Below are positions 9,117 through 18,366 of a DNA stretch of 64,000 nt, piece by piece; position 1 is the first letter of the stretch; each line of letters opens with the position of its first letter. The DNA lies in contig CAVUDX010000008.1 in NCBI GenBank assembly GCA_963740385.1, forward strand, positions 172,055-236,054. The letters are read 5' to 3'. The notes under the pieces were generated by a model, which was given only the letters and a program-made list of their open reading frames with translations, did not search any database and was not told the origin of the DNA. This DNA comes from an uncultured Acidobacteriota bacterium (GTDB lineage: Bacteria > Acidobacteriota > Holophagae > Holophagales > Holophagaceae). The position numbers were made by a program, and so were the translations under genes.

Positions 9117-11498
9117 TCACGCCTCGACCGGAGTCTCTAGGAGGCGCTCAAGACTTTGCTTGAGCTGCTTTAGATCGAATGGCTTACCAAGGTAGGGCAC
9201 CTGGCTCGTCTCCAGGAACTCCCGGGTCTTCGCATCGAAGGAATCGCCCGTGGTGTATAGGATCCGTCGGGTCATGGCGGGCCGCTGGGCCTTCAGCCAG
9301 TCGAAGAGTTCCACCCCCGAGAGCCCGGGCATCCGGATGTCGGAGACGATGACGTCGAATTCGCCCGCACCGAGGGCCTGGATCGCCTCGTCCCCACGGG
9401 TGCTGGAAGCGACCTCCATGCCCCAAGCCCCGAGGGCATCCACCAGGCATTCCAACAAGAATGCTTCGTCGTCCACCACCAGGGCCCGGCACCCCTTGAG
9501 CCCAACCGGCGCGGCGATGGGAGCCGCCACAGGGGCTGGGGTCGTCCGGGGCACCTCCAGCAGGAAGGCGTTCCCCAACCCTTCCTGGCTGCGGGTACTG
9601 AGCCGCCCGCCGTGCTGGCGGACGATGATGTCGGCGATGGGCAGGCTCAGGCCCTCGGTGCTGCTCGCCCGGGCTGGGTCAAAGAGTTCGGCCTGCTTTT
9701 CGTTTGCGAGGGCTGGACCGGTGTCCTGGATGACCACCTGGAGCTGCTCGCCGGAGACCCGGGTGGCGATCCGAAGGCGTTTCATGGGACTCATGGCCAT
9801 GGCCTGGAGGCCATTCAACAGCAGGTTGGTGAGGGCCTGGAGCATGAGCGCGGGGTCCAGGGCGGTTTCCGGCAGGGCGGGCTCGAGGTTCAGCTCCACG
9901 GACACGCCCATGCGCTGCGCCTTGGCATCCACCATGGCGGCCGCCTCTTGCACCAACTGGTTCAGCTGGACAGCGGCGGGCCTTGGGCTGGGCGGGTTCA
10001 GGACCGTCTGGAGGGGCTGGAGCAGGCCCTGGATGGATTCCACCGCTTTGACGAGGCGGGTGGCCTGTTCGGCCTGGTGGGGGTCCAACGCGGACTCCGT
10101 GATCAGGCGGGATTCCAGCAGGACGGGGGTCAGCCGGTTGGCCACTTCATGGAACAGGGAGGGCACCAGACGCCCCAGGGCCTCATGCTTCTGGGAATGG
10201 ACGAGCTGGTTCTGCAGATCGCGTTGCTCGCTCAGGTCGCGGACCAAGGCGGAGAAAGCCAGAATCCGATCATCGTTGCCGCGCACGGGTGCGAAGGTGA
10301 CGAGGGCCGGGAAGGCCACGCCTCCCTTCCGCAGCCGGGTGGTGGCCATGTCCCGGACCACCTGGCCCCGACCCACCTGCTGGGTGACCTGGTCCAGTTC
10401 GCCCAGCAGGCTGTCTGGGGTGAGCTGGGCCATGCTGCGGCCAACGATCTCGGGCCGCGCGTAGCCGAACATCCGTTCGGCGGCCATGTTCCAGGTGAGG
10501 ATCTTGCCGTCTACCGAGAAGGAAATGACGGCCTCGCCGATGTTCTGCACCAGGCCTTCTAGGTATTTTCGGGTCTTGAGGTTGTCCTGATTGGCGCGTT
10601 CCAGCTGGGTGTAGAGCTGATTAAGCTCATCGTTCTTCTTCTCGAGGGTGTCCTTGACCTGCTTCAGCTCGGAGTAGAGCCGGGCGGTCTCCATGTTGGA
10701 CTTGAGGGCATCCTCCAGCAGCTCCTGGGCGTCGGCCACCTTGCCAGGGGTCAGGTCGGCAACGCTCACGTTGTTGTGCCGCAGCACCGTGGCTTCAGAG
10801 GGCGGAGGAAGCTGGACCTCCTGCGGGGTCGGCAGCTCCCGCATGCTCGATCGGACATTGGACTCGATGAGGTTCAACATCTCGTCGAAGTCCTTGATCT
10901 TCTTGTCGAGGTGGTACTTCTTGAAGGTGTAGCCCACGGTCTCGCGGGTGATGGACAGGAAGGTGTCCAGCACCCCAGTGCCGCGGTTGGCGACGGATTC
11001 GAAGTAGGGAACGCTGCGGAAGTTCAGCCGCCGGTTCATGACCCCAACGGGCATGGCGTCCGGCAGGTCCCGCTTGTTGTACTGGATGACGAAGGGGATC
11101 TGCTTGATGTTCAGCCGATTCGCATTGAGGTTGTGGTACAGGTTCGACAGCGAGTCCACGTTGTCCTGCATCTTGGCTTCGCTGGAGTCCGCCACGAACA
11201 CCACGCCATCGGCCCCGCCCAGCACCACCCGGCGGCTGGCGTCGTACTGTACCTGGCCAGGTACCGTATAGATCTGCAGGTGGATGGCGTTCCCGTAGAT
11301 GTAGCCCAGGTTGATGGGCAACAGGTCGAAGAAGAGGGTGCGATCCTCCTGTGTGTTGACGGAGAACATCTCCCCCCGCTGGTCGTCCGAACACATGGCA
11401 TGCAGGGACTGGAGGTTCGTCGTCTTCCCGGACAGGCCCGGCCCGTAGTAGACCAGCTTGAGCAGGATCTCGTTGGCACGGGTATTGAACTGAACCAT
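9117..11498 (-). CDS. MglA-like small GTPase-coiled coil-PAS-histidine kinase-receiver fusion
   Basis: KLVYYGPGLSGKTTNL, DRTLFFD, YTVPGQV, NKRD; PAS WNMAAERMFGY; H-box HEVAN; N-box NLLLNGLQAM; REC VVDD/SDIRMPG/KPF. Confidence 0.9.
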   Translation of the reverse strand: MVQFNTRANEILLKLVYYGPGLSGKTTNLQSLHAMCSDDQRGEMFSVNTQEDRTLFFDLLPINLGYIYGNAIHLQIYTVPGQVQYDASRRVVLGGADGVVFVADSSEAKMQDNVDSLSNLYHNLNANRLNIKQIPFVIQYNKRDLPDAMPVGVMNRRLNFRSVPYFESVANRGTGVLDTFLSITRETVGYTFKKYHLDKKIKDFDEMLNLIESNVRSSMRELPTPQEVQLPPPSEATVLRHNNVSVADLTPGKVADAQELLEDALKSNMETARLYSELKQVKDTLEKKNDELNQLYTQLERANQDNLKTRKYLEGLVQNIGEAVISFSVDGKILTWNMAAERMFGYARPEIVGRSMAQLTPDSLLGELDQVTQQVGRGQVVRDMATTRLRKGGVAFPALVTFAPVRGNDDRILAFSALVRDLSEQRDLQNQLVHSQKHEALGRLVPSLFHEVANRLTPVLLESRLITESALDPHQAEQATRLVKAVESIQGLLQPLQTVLNPPSPRPAAVQLNQLVQEAAAMVDAKAQRMGVSVELNLEPALPETALDPALMLQALTNLLLNGLQAMAMSPMKRLRIATRVSGEQLQVVIQDTGPALANEKQAELFDPARASSTEGLSLPIADIIVRQHGGRLSTRSQEGLGNAFLLEVPRTTPAPVAAPIAAPVGLKGCRALVVDDEAFLLECLVDALGAWGMEVASSTRGDEAIQALGAGEFDVIVSDIRMPGLSGVELFDWLKAQRPAMTRRILYTTGDSFDAKTREFLETSQVPYLGKPFDLKQLKQSLERLLETPVEA

Positions 11499-11703
11499 GG
11501 GTTCGCCGGGAAAAAAGTGGAATTCAGCCTACCACGGGGGATCATGGCGCAAGCCACCCCATCCCTCTCAACGGCAGGCCCTGTGCTAGCATGACCTTTT
11601 TCACCCTTCAGAGGATTCCGGCGCGATGCCCGTCCCCACCCCTGTGGCGCTCAGGACCCTGCATGGCCCGCAGGGCAGTCGCGACAGCGCCTTTCTGGGC
11701 CTG

Positions 11704-11937
11704 TCCACCCCTTGGGGCCCGCGATGACGGTACCGACCCACGTGACTCGGGCACTTCCTGTGCCCTCGCCCCTCCGGGGCCGCCATCCGCTGCGCGGCTG
11801 CGGTCCTAATCCGCAGTTCTGCGGATTGGTCGCCATCATTGTCTCGGTATGCCCTCCGGGCATACGCGAGGCCAGTCACGCGGATGGGCCCTGGATTTCC
11901 ACCCCTTGGGGCCCGCGATGACGGTACCGACCCACGT
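11704..11937 (+). repeat. 40-bp direct repeat of the uppS start region (11704-11743, 11898-11937) flanking a multi-hairpin element
   Basis: tccaccccttggggcccgcgatgacggtaccgacccacgt occurs twice, exactly. Confidence 0.9.
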
Positions 11938-12604
11938 CGCCATCATTATGGACGGGAACGGGCGCTGGGCGGCGCAGCGGGGGTGGCCCCGCATCAAGGG
12001 GCACAAGGCCGGGGTGCAGACCGTCGAACGCATCCTTGAGGCCGCCGCCGATGCTGGCATCCGGCACCTCAGCCTCTACGCCTTCTCCACGGAGAACTGG
12101 AAGCGCCCTGCCCTGGAGGTGGGGGCCCTGATGGCCCTGCTGCGCATGTACCTCCGTATGTTCGTCTCCCAGTTGGGCCGGAAGGGGATCCGCTTCCACC
12201 ATCTCGGCTCCCTGGAGGGCATGCCGGCGGGCATCCAGGCCGACATCCGGCACCTGGAGCAGGCGACCGCCACCAATCCGGGGATGACGTTCCACCTGGC
12301 GGTGAACTACGGATCCAGGCTTGAGCTGGTGCAGGCGGCCCGCCGCTGCGTGGCGGATGGCCTGGCCCCAGAAGCCCTGGACGAGGCCGCCCTGGAGGCC
12401 CGCTTGTGGACCGCCGGCATCCCCGACGTGGACCTGCTCATCCGCACCAGCGGGGAGCACCGCATCTCCAACTTCCTGCTCTGGCAGTCCGCCTATGCCG
12501 AGCTGTACATGACGGACCTGCTGTGGCCCGACTTTGGCCCCCAGGCGCTGACCGCGGCGCTTGAGGACTACGCCCAGCGCGAACGCCGCTTCGGGGGGCT
12601 CTGA
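11918..12604 (+). CDS. uppS: Undecaprenyl diphosphate synthase
   Basis: HVAIIMDGNGRWA, FSTENWKR, DLLIRTSGEHRISNFLLWQ. Confidence 0.96.
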   Translation: MTVPTHVAIIMDGNGRWAAQRGWPRIKGHKAGVQTVERILEAAADAGIRHLSLYAFSTENWKRPALEVGALMALLRMYLRMFVSQLGRKGIRFHHLGSLEGMPAGIQADIRHLEQATATNPGMTFHLAVNYGSRLELVQAARRCVADGLAPEALDEAALEARLWTAGIPDVDLLIRTSGEHRISNFLLWQSAYAELYMTDLLWPDFGPQALTAALEDYAQRERRFGGL

Positions 12605-13491
12605 TGGACCGGACCACACCCAAGGTCGACACCCGGAACATGACCGTGCGCATCACCACGGCCCTCGTGTTCGGCGTCTTCTTCTTCAGCCTCCTCTGGT
12701 TCGGAGACCGCCCCTGGGCCCCCTGGACCTACCTGATCGTCATGGCCGGAGCCATGGTTATGGGCATGCACGAGATGACCCTCATCGGCCGGGCCCGGGG
12801 CTTCAACCCCTCGCTGGTGTCCGGCGTTCTGGTGGCCTGGGGCTTCCTGGCCCACTTCTTCCTCGCAACCGGCAACCAGGACCCGCTCCCATTGTGGATG
12901 GTGGTCGCCGGCGGAGCCCTGGTCATCCATTTCGGTGCACTCTTCTTCGACCCCAAGCTCGAGGAGGCCCTGGCCAGCCAGGCCATCACCTGGCTTGGGG
13001 CCCTATACCTAGGCCTCGGCCTGGGCCTTCAACAAAAGCTGTTCATGCTCCAGGGCACCCTGCCTAAGACTGGCAGCCGGCTGATTTTGGCCCTGTTCAT
13101 CATCACGTGGTTCGGCGACACCGCCGCCTACTTCGTGGGCAGCTACTTCGGCCGCCACAAACTTGCCCCCAAGGTGAGCCCCAAGAAGAGCTGGGAGGGT
13201 GCCCTGGGCAACCTCGGCGGCAACCTGGTGGGCGCCTTCCTCATGCGGGCCACCGTCTGCACAGAGTGGACCGTGGTGGATGCGGTGGCCCTGGGTCTGC
13301 TGCTGGGCGTGGCGGGTCAGCTGGGTGACCTGGTGGAGAGCAGCTGGAAGCGCAGCGCCGGTGTGAAGGATTCCAATGTCGGTGGCGTCTCCATTCCGGG
13401 TCACGGCGGCATGCTGGACCGGGTGGACAGCCTCGTCTTCGCCGCGCCGGTGTTCTTCGCCTACCTGCACTTCGTCCACGGGTTCAACTAA
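12604..13491 (+). CDS. cdsA: Phosphatidate cytidylyltransferase
   Basis: SPKKSWEG, GDLVESSWKR, IPGHGGMLDRVDS. Confidence 0.95.
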   Translation: MDRTTPKVDTRNMTVRITTALVFGVFFFSLLWFGDRPWAPWTYLIVMAGAMVMGMHEMTLIGRARGFNPSLVSGVLVAWGFLAHFFLATGNQDPLPLWMVVAGGALVIHFGALFFDPKLEEALASQAITWLGALYLGLGLGLQQKLFMLQGTLPKTGSRLILALFIITWFGDTAAYFVGSYFGRHKLAPKVSPKKSWEGALGNLGGNLVGAFLMRATVCTEWTVVDAVALGLLLGVAGQLGDLVESSWKRSAGVKDSNVGGVSIPGHGGMLDRVDSLVFAAPVFFAYLHFVHGFN

Positions 13492-14646
13492 TTGCGCCAC
13501 CTCGCCGTCCTTGGTTCCACGGGCTCCATCGGCACCGCCACCCTCGACGTGGTGCGGGCCCACCCCGAGCGGCTGTCCGTGGTGGCCCTGGCCGCGGGCC
13601 GGAACCGCGAGCTGCTGAAGGTTCAGTGCGAGGCCTTCCGCCCCCGCTGCGTGTCTGTGGGGTCCGAGGCGGACGCCGCCTGGCTGCGGTCCAATCTCTC
13701 CTACGCGCCGGACCTGCACTGGGGCCTGGAAGGACTCCTGGCCTGCGCCCTCCACGGGGACGTCGACACGGTGGTGGCCGCCATCGTGGGAAGCGCGGGG
13801 CTGGCCAGCACCGAGGCCGCGCTGCGGGCGGGCCGCCGGGTCTGCGTGGCCAACAAGGAGTCCCTGGTGGTGGGCGGAGCCCTCATGCACGAGGCGGCCC
13901 TGGCCGGTGCCGGCGAGCTGCTGCCCGTGGACAGCGAGCATGCGGCGCTGCACCAGCTGCTGGATGGGCGGCCGGCGGCCTCCATCCGCGAAGTGCGCAT
14001 CACCGCCAGCGGGGGCCCCTTCCGGGACTGGTCCCTGGCCCGCATTCAGGCGGCCACCGTCGAGGAAGCCCTCAACCACCCCACCTGGAAGATGGGCCCG
14101 AAGATCACCATCGACAGCGCCACCCTCATGAACAAGGGCTTGGAGGTCATCGAGGCCTCGGTGCTCTTCGGCCTCACCCCGGACCAGGTGGCCGTGACGG
14201 TGCATCCGCAAAGCCAGGTGCACGCCATGGTGGGCTTTCACGACGGCAGCTACCAGCTGCAGGTCTGCGCCAATGACATGAAGCTGCCCATTCAGTACTG
14301 CCTGCTCTACCCGGACAAGCAGCCGGGCCCGGTGGCCCCTTACCCATGGAATCAGGCCCGGAACTGGACCTTCGAGGTCCCCGACCTGGATCGCTTCCCC
14401 TGCCTGGGGCTGGCCTTCGAGGCCCTGCGGGAGGGTGGCACCGCCCCGGCCCTGCTGAACGCCGCCAACGAGGTGGCTGTCGCCGCCTTTCTGGAGCAAA
14501 GGCTGGGGTTCTGGGACATCCAGGCCTGTAATCGGGAGGTGCTCTCCCACCTGCCGGCCCAGCCCCTGCACTCCCTCGACCAAGTGCTGGATGCAGACCG
14601 GGCCGCAAGGCGTCATGCTGAAGGGTGGGTCCAAGCCCGGGCCTGA
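13492..14646 (+). CDS. dxr: 1-deoxy-D-xylulose-5-phosphate reductoisomerase
   Basis: LGSTGSIG, ANKESLV, PVDSEH, MGPKITIDSATLMNKGLEVIEA; TTG start. Confidence 0.96.
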   Translation: MRHLAVLGSTGSIGTATLDVVRAHPERLSVVALAAGRNRELLKVQCEAFRPRCVSVGSEADAAWLRSNLSYAPDLHWGLEGLLACALHGDVDTVVAAIVGSAGLASTEAALRAGRRVCVANKESLVVGGALMHEAALAGAGELLPVDSEHAALHQLLDGRPAASIREVRITASGGPFRDWSLARIQAATVEEALNHPTWKMGPKITIDSATLMNKGLEVIEASVLFGLTPDQVAVTVHPQSQVHAMVGFHDGSYQLQVCANDMKLPIQYCLLYPDKQPGPVAPYPWNQARNWTFEVPDLDRFPCLGLAFEALREGGTAPALLNAANEVAVAAFLEQRLGFWDIQACNREVLSHLPAQPLHSLDQVLDADRAARRHAEGWVQARA

Positions 14647-14661
14647 TCTGTTTGGACATCC

Positions 14662-15786
14662 ATGAAGCGCCTGCCCCTCGTCCTGTCCCTCGCCGCCGTC
14701 TCCGTCCTGGCCCTGAAGTGGCCCGGCGCGGGGTTCTGGGGCCCCGTCATCATGCTGGGCGGTCTCATCTTCCTCCACGAAGGCGGGCACTTCCTCGCCG
14801 CCAAGTACATGGGCATGCCCGTGGAGGTGTTCTCCCTGGGCTTCGGCCCCCGGCTCTTCGGCTTCAAGTGGCGCGAGACGGATGTGCGCCTCTCCGCCCT
14901 GCCCCTGGGTGGTTATGTGAAGCTGGCGGGCTTCAACCCGGAAGAGCCCGGCGCGGACGATCCCTACGGCTTCCTGCAGCAGCCTTTCCGCAAGCGCATG
15001 CTGTTCTACAGCGGCGGCATCCTCTCCAACCTCCTCACCACCCTGCTGCTCTTCACCCTGGTGGGGGCGGACCAGGCCCGGGTGACCAAGTTCCAGGAAT
15101 CCTGGGCCATCCTCGAGGTGTCCCCCGGTGGGGGCGCCGAGCAAGGCGGCCTGAAGGTGGGGGATGAACTCCACGGCATTGCGAACCTCACCTTTCCCGG
15201 TGCGGAATTCGAGGCGGCTGTGGCCTACATCCAGGCCCACGTCGGCGAACCCATCCCCTTCCAGGTTTCCCGCGACGGCAAGCCCCTGGCGCTGCAGCTC
15301 ACCCCGCGCCTAGAGGACGGCAAGGGCCGCCTGGGTTTCCGCCCCGCCGCGCTGGCTACGCCCCTGGAGCGCCGGGCCTACCGTCCCAGCGACTTCGCCG
15401 AAGGCGGCCGCTACGCGGTGGCTGTGTCCTGGCGCATGAGCGGACAGGTGTTCGGGTTCCTCAAGCGCCTCGTCACCTTCCAGGCCCGGAGCGCCGAGGT
15501 GGCCGGTCCCATTGGCATCATCCGCCAGGGCAGCCGGGCCGCGAAGAGCTCGCTCATGGAGTTCCTCTTCATGTGCGGGGCCATCAGCCTGCAGCTGGCC
15601 CTGCTTAACGCCCTGCCCATCCCGGCCCTGGACGGGGGCCACATGGCCCTGCTCACCTTCGAGAAACTCCGGCGGAAAGACCTCACCATTGAGCTGAAGG
15701 AAAAGATCCTGACCGGCGGCTTCCTCCTCCTGGCCTCGCTCATGACCCTGGTGATCGTCCTGGACCTCTTGAAGCTGCGGAAATAG
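14662..15786 (+). CDS. rseP: RIP metalloprotease RseP (M50)
   Basis: HEGGH, LPLGGYV, PDZ region, NALPIPALDGG. Confidence 0.93.
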   Translation: MKRLPLVLSLAAVSVLALKWPGAGFWGPVIMLGGLIFLHEGGHFLAAKYMGMPVEVFSLGFGPRLFGFKWRETDVRLSALPLGGYVKLAGFNPEEPGADDPYGFLQQPFRKRMLFYSGGILSNLLTTLLLFTLVGADQARVTKFQESWAILEVSPGGGAEQGGLKVGDELHGIANLTFPGAEFEAAVAYIQAHVGEPIPFQVSRDGKPLALQLTPRLEDGKGRLGFRPAALATPLERRAYRPSDFAEGGRYAVAVSWRMSGQVFGFLKRLVTFQARSAEVAGPIGIIRQGSRAAKSSLMEFLFMCGAISLQLALLNALPIPALDGGHMALLTFEKLRRKDLTIELKEKILTGGFLLLASLMTLVIVLDLLKLRK

Positions 15787-15792
15787 CCCGGC

Positions 15793-16518
15793 CTAGAGGC
15801 CCAGCAGCTCCTTCATCCGCGGCGTGACGCTCCGACTCACCTCCAGGTCCAGCCCGTCGGCCACCCGCACGGAGGCTCGGCCGCCCTCCAGGGGCTTGAG
15901 GCCCAGGACCGCTTCCGGGCGCAGGAGCAGGTGGCGCTGGATGCGGACCAGACCCACGCCGGGGAAGGCCGCCTCCACCTCCGCCAGGGTGGTCCAGGCG
16001 GTGCGATGGCGGCCCCCCGCGGCCCAGGCCCAGACCACCTCCTCCTCCACCTCGAAGTGGGTGGTGCGCTTCAGGTCAAGGAACACGTGCCCCTCGCCGG
16101 CCTTCACCGGGAATCGCTGGGGCGCGGGACCCCCGCCCTCGGCCCGCCGCAGGCCCCCCTCGCGGAGCCGCGCCAAGGTCTTCTCCAGCCGTTCCGCCGA
16201 GACGGGCTTGATGATGTAGTCCACCGCAGCGGCTTCGAAGGCACGCACGGCGTGTTCAGAGTAGGCGGTGACGAAGACGACCGGTGGACAATGGCTGCAG
16301 TCCGCCAGCTCCGCCGAGACTTCCAGGCCCGTGGCCCCGGGCATCTGGATGTCCAGGAAGAGGGCGTCCACCTCCCGGGGCTCCCGCAGCCAGTCCAGCA
16401 CGGCCGGTCCGTCTTCCAGCTCCGCCTTCACGTCGCAGCCCGCTTCCCGCAGCAGCCGGGCCAGGCGCGCCCGGGCCAGGGGCTCGTCATCCGCCAGGGC
16501 CACCCGCAGGGGCTTCAT
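15793..16518 (-). CDS. LytTR-family response regulator
   Basis: ADDEPLAR, FLDIQMPG, FVTAYSEHAVRAFE, C-terminal LytTR (VSRS). Confidence 0.92.
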   Translation of the reverse strand: MKPLRVALADDEPLARARLARLLREAGCDVKAELEDGPAVLDWLREPREVDALFLDIQMPGATGLEVSAELADCSHCPPVVFVTAYSEHAVRAFEAAAVDYIIKPVSAERLEKTLARLREGGLRRAEGGGPAPQRFPVKAGEGHVFLDLKRTTHFEVEEEVVWAWAAGGRHRTAWTTLAEVEAAFPGVGLVRIQRHLLLRPEAVLGLKPLEGGRASVRVADGLDLEVSRSVTPRMKELLGL

Positions 16519-16528
16519 GCTCGTGCCT

Positions 16529-17620
16529 TCATGGTCGTGTCCCCTTCAGCGGCAGCTGGACCTCCGCCACCGTCAGGCCCCCCTCGGTGCGCAGGTGGAA
16601 GGTCCCTCCCGAACCATAGGTGAGTTTCAGGCGGGCTTCCAGGTTCTGGAGGCCCACCCCCTGGCCCGGCACCAGGCCCAGGCCCCGGCCCGTGTTGGCG
16701 ACCCGCAGCCGGAGTCCCTGCCCCAGTCGCACCAGGCTGATGGCCAGGTCGCCCCCGGCGGGGTTCGGGGCGATGCCATGCTTCAGGGCGTTTTCCACCA
16801 AAGGCTGGACCAGGAAGGGCGGAGCCTCCTCCCGGTCGAGGTCGGGGTCCCAGTCCCAGGTGACTCGCAGACGGGGACCGAACCGCAGGCCCTCCACCGC
16901 CAGGAACCGCTGGACCAAGGCCCGCTCCTCACCCAGGGGGGCGCTGGGCCGGTTGCCGTGCTTCAGCAAGGCCCGGTACAGCTCCGAGAGATCCAGAATG
17001 GCCTGCTCGGCAGCTAAGGGATCCTGCCGCACCAGTTCCGCCAGGCCGTTCAGGGAGTTGAACAGCACGTGGGGGCTCAGTTGCCCCCGCAGCAGCACCC
17101 ACTGGGCCTCTTCCAGCTTGGCCAGGGCCACGGCGCGCTCCTCCTCGGTGGTCTCCCCCAGGGAGATGATGCCGCCCATGATGGTCATCATGGGGTCGCC
17201 GATCATGAGGTTGAGGCCAAGCACCTGCTTGAAGCTCACCCTCACCCCCGTGGCCAGGCCGAGGGCCTCGGCCTTCAGGCTGGCATCCCGCACCAGCAGC
17301 CAGCTGAGGGCCACCAGGGCAAGGATGAGGAGGGCGTTGAACACCAGTGCCTGGGTGACCCCCCGGAAGAAGGGCGCCCGCAGGCGGTCGTCACCGGTCC
17401 AGCGCCAGGGCAGAGGGCTGATGAAGCCGTAGGAAAAGGACACCAGGAAGGGGGTGAGCAGGGCGTTGGCCAGGGCGCCTGGATGGCGCAGCTGCACGCC
17501 CGCCGGCACGATGACGAACTGGAACAGGGTAAACAGCCCGGTGAAGGCCAGCACGATGGTCCAGGTCATGCGTCGGCGCAGGCGCTTCCGGAAGTGCTGC
17601 TTCAGGGCGGAGAATCGCAT
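16529..17620 (-). CDS. LytS/YehU-family sensor histidine kinase
   Basis: GQLSPHVLFNSLN, QPLVENALKHG, GVGLQN; N-terminal TM helices. Confidence 0.9.
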   Translation of the reverse strand: MRFSALKQHFRKRLRRRMTWTIVLAFTGLFTLFQFVIVPAGVQLRHPGALANALLTPFLVSFSYGFISPLPWRWTGDDRLRAPFFRGVTQALVFNALLILALVALSWLLVRDASLKAEALGLATGVRVSFKQVLGLNLMIGDPMMTIMGGIISLGETTEEERAVALAKLEEAQWVLLRGQLSPHVLFNSLNGLAELVRQDPLAAEQAILDLSELYRALLKHGNRPSAPLGEERALVQRFLAVEGLRFGPRLRVTWDWDPDLDREEAPPFLVQPLVENALKHGIAPNPAGGDLAISLVRLGQGLRLRVANTGRGLGLVPGQGVGLQNLEARLKLTYGSGGTFHLRTEGGLTVAEVQLPLKGTRP

Positions 17621-17787
17621 GGTTCGAGGATGCCCCAGCATCGGCTTGGCGCCCAGCCTTCCAGACCAGCCGCACCTCGAAGGGGCTGGGCGGCGGGGAA
17701 TGGCCGCCCAGCCGAAGCCGGTGTCCAGAAGCCGACCTGGCACGCCCTGGGGCTGGCAGGCACCCAAGGGGCATGTTCGGAGTTTCC

Positions 17788-18324
17788 ATGCGCTTTGCCT
17801 TGGCTTGTCTGCTCACCACCACCCTGGCCCTTCCCGCGGCCGAACGAAAGGTGCCCATGTCCCTCCATGCGATCACCCTGAACACCCTGGATGGCAAGCC
17901 CCAGTCCCTGGCGATCTACAAGGGCAAGGTGGTGCTGGCCGTCAATGTCGCCAGCGAGTGCGGCTACACGCCGCAGTATGCGGGCCTCCAGAAGCTCTAC
18001 GCCGAGTGGAAGGACCGTGGCCTGGTGGTGCTGGGCTTCCCCTGCAACCAGTTCGGCGGGCAGGAACCCGGCAGCGCCGGCGACATCCAGAGCTTCTGCC
18101 AGAAGAATTACGGCGTGACCTTCCCGCTCTTCGAGAAGCTCGACGTGAAGGGGCCCCGCAAGGCCCCGATCTACCAGTTCCTCACCGCCACCCAGGGGGA
18201 GCCGGCCTGGAACTTCCACAAGTACCTGGTTGGCAAGGACGGCCAGGTCCTCCAGGCCTTTGGCAGCGGGGTGACCCCGGACAGTTCGGAGCTGAAGGCC
18301 GCCATCGAGGCCGCACTGAAGTAG
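17788..18324 (+). CDS. Glutathione peroxidase family protein (exported)
   Basis: VNVASECGYTPQY, LGFPCNQFGGQEPG, WNFHKYLV. Confidence 0.93.
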   Translation: MRFALACLLTTTLALPAAERKVPMSLHAITLNTLDGKPQSLAIYKGKVVLAVNVASECGYTPQYAGLQKLYAEWKDRGLVVLGFPCNQFGGQEPGSAGDIQSFCQKNYGVTFPLFEKLDVKGPRKAPIYQFLTATQGEPAWNFHKYLVGKDGQVLQAFGSGVTPDSSELKAAIEAALK

Positions 18325-18366
18325 CCTTCTGATTCAGGCGAGGGGTGCGGCCATGTCTCGGTCCAC

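Noticed and set aside
11704-11937. CRISPR mini-array
   Set aside because: Only two 40-bp copies, which are the uppS start itself; the intervening 154 bp is far too long for a spacer; no cas genes in the window.
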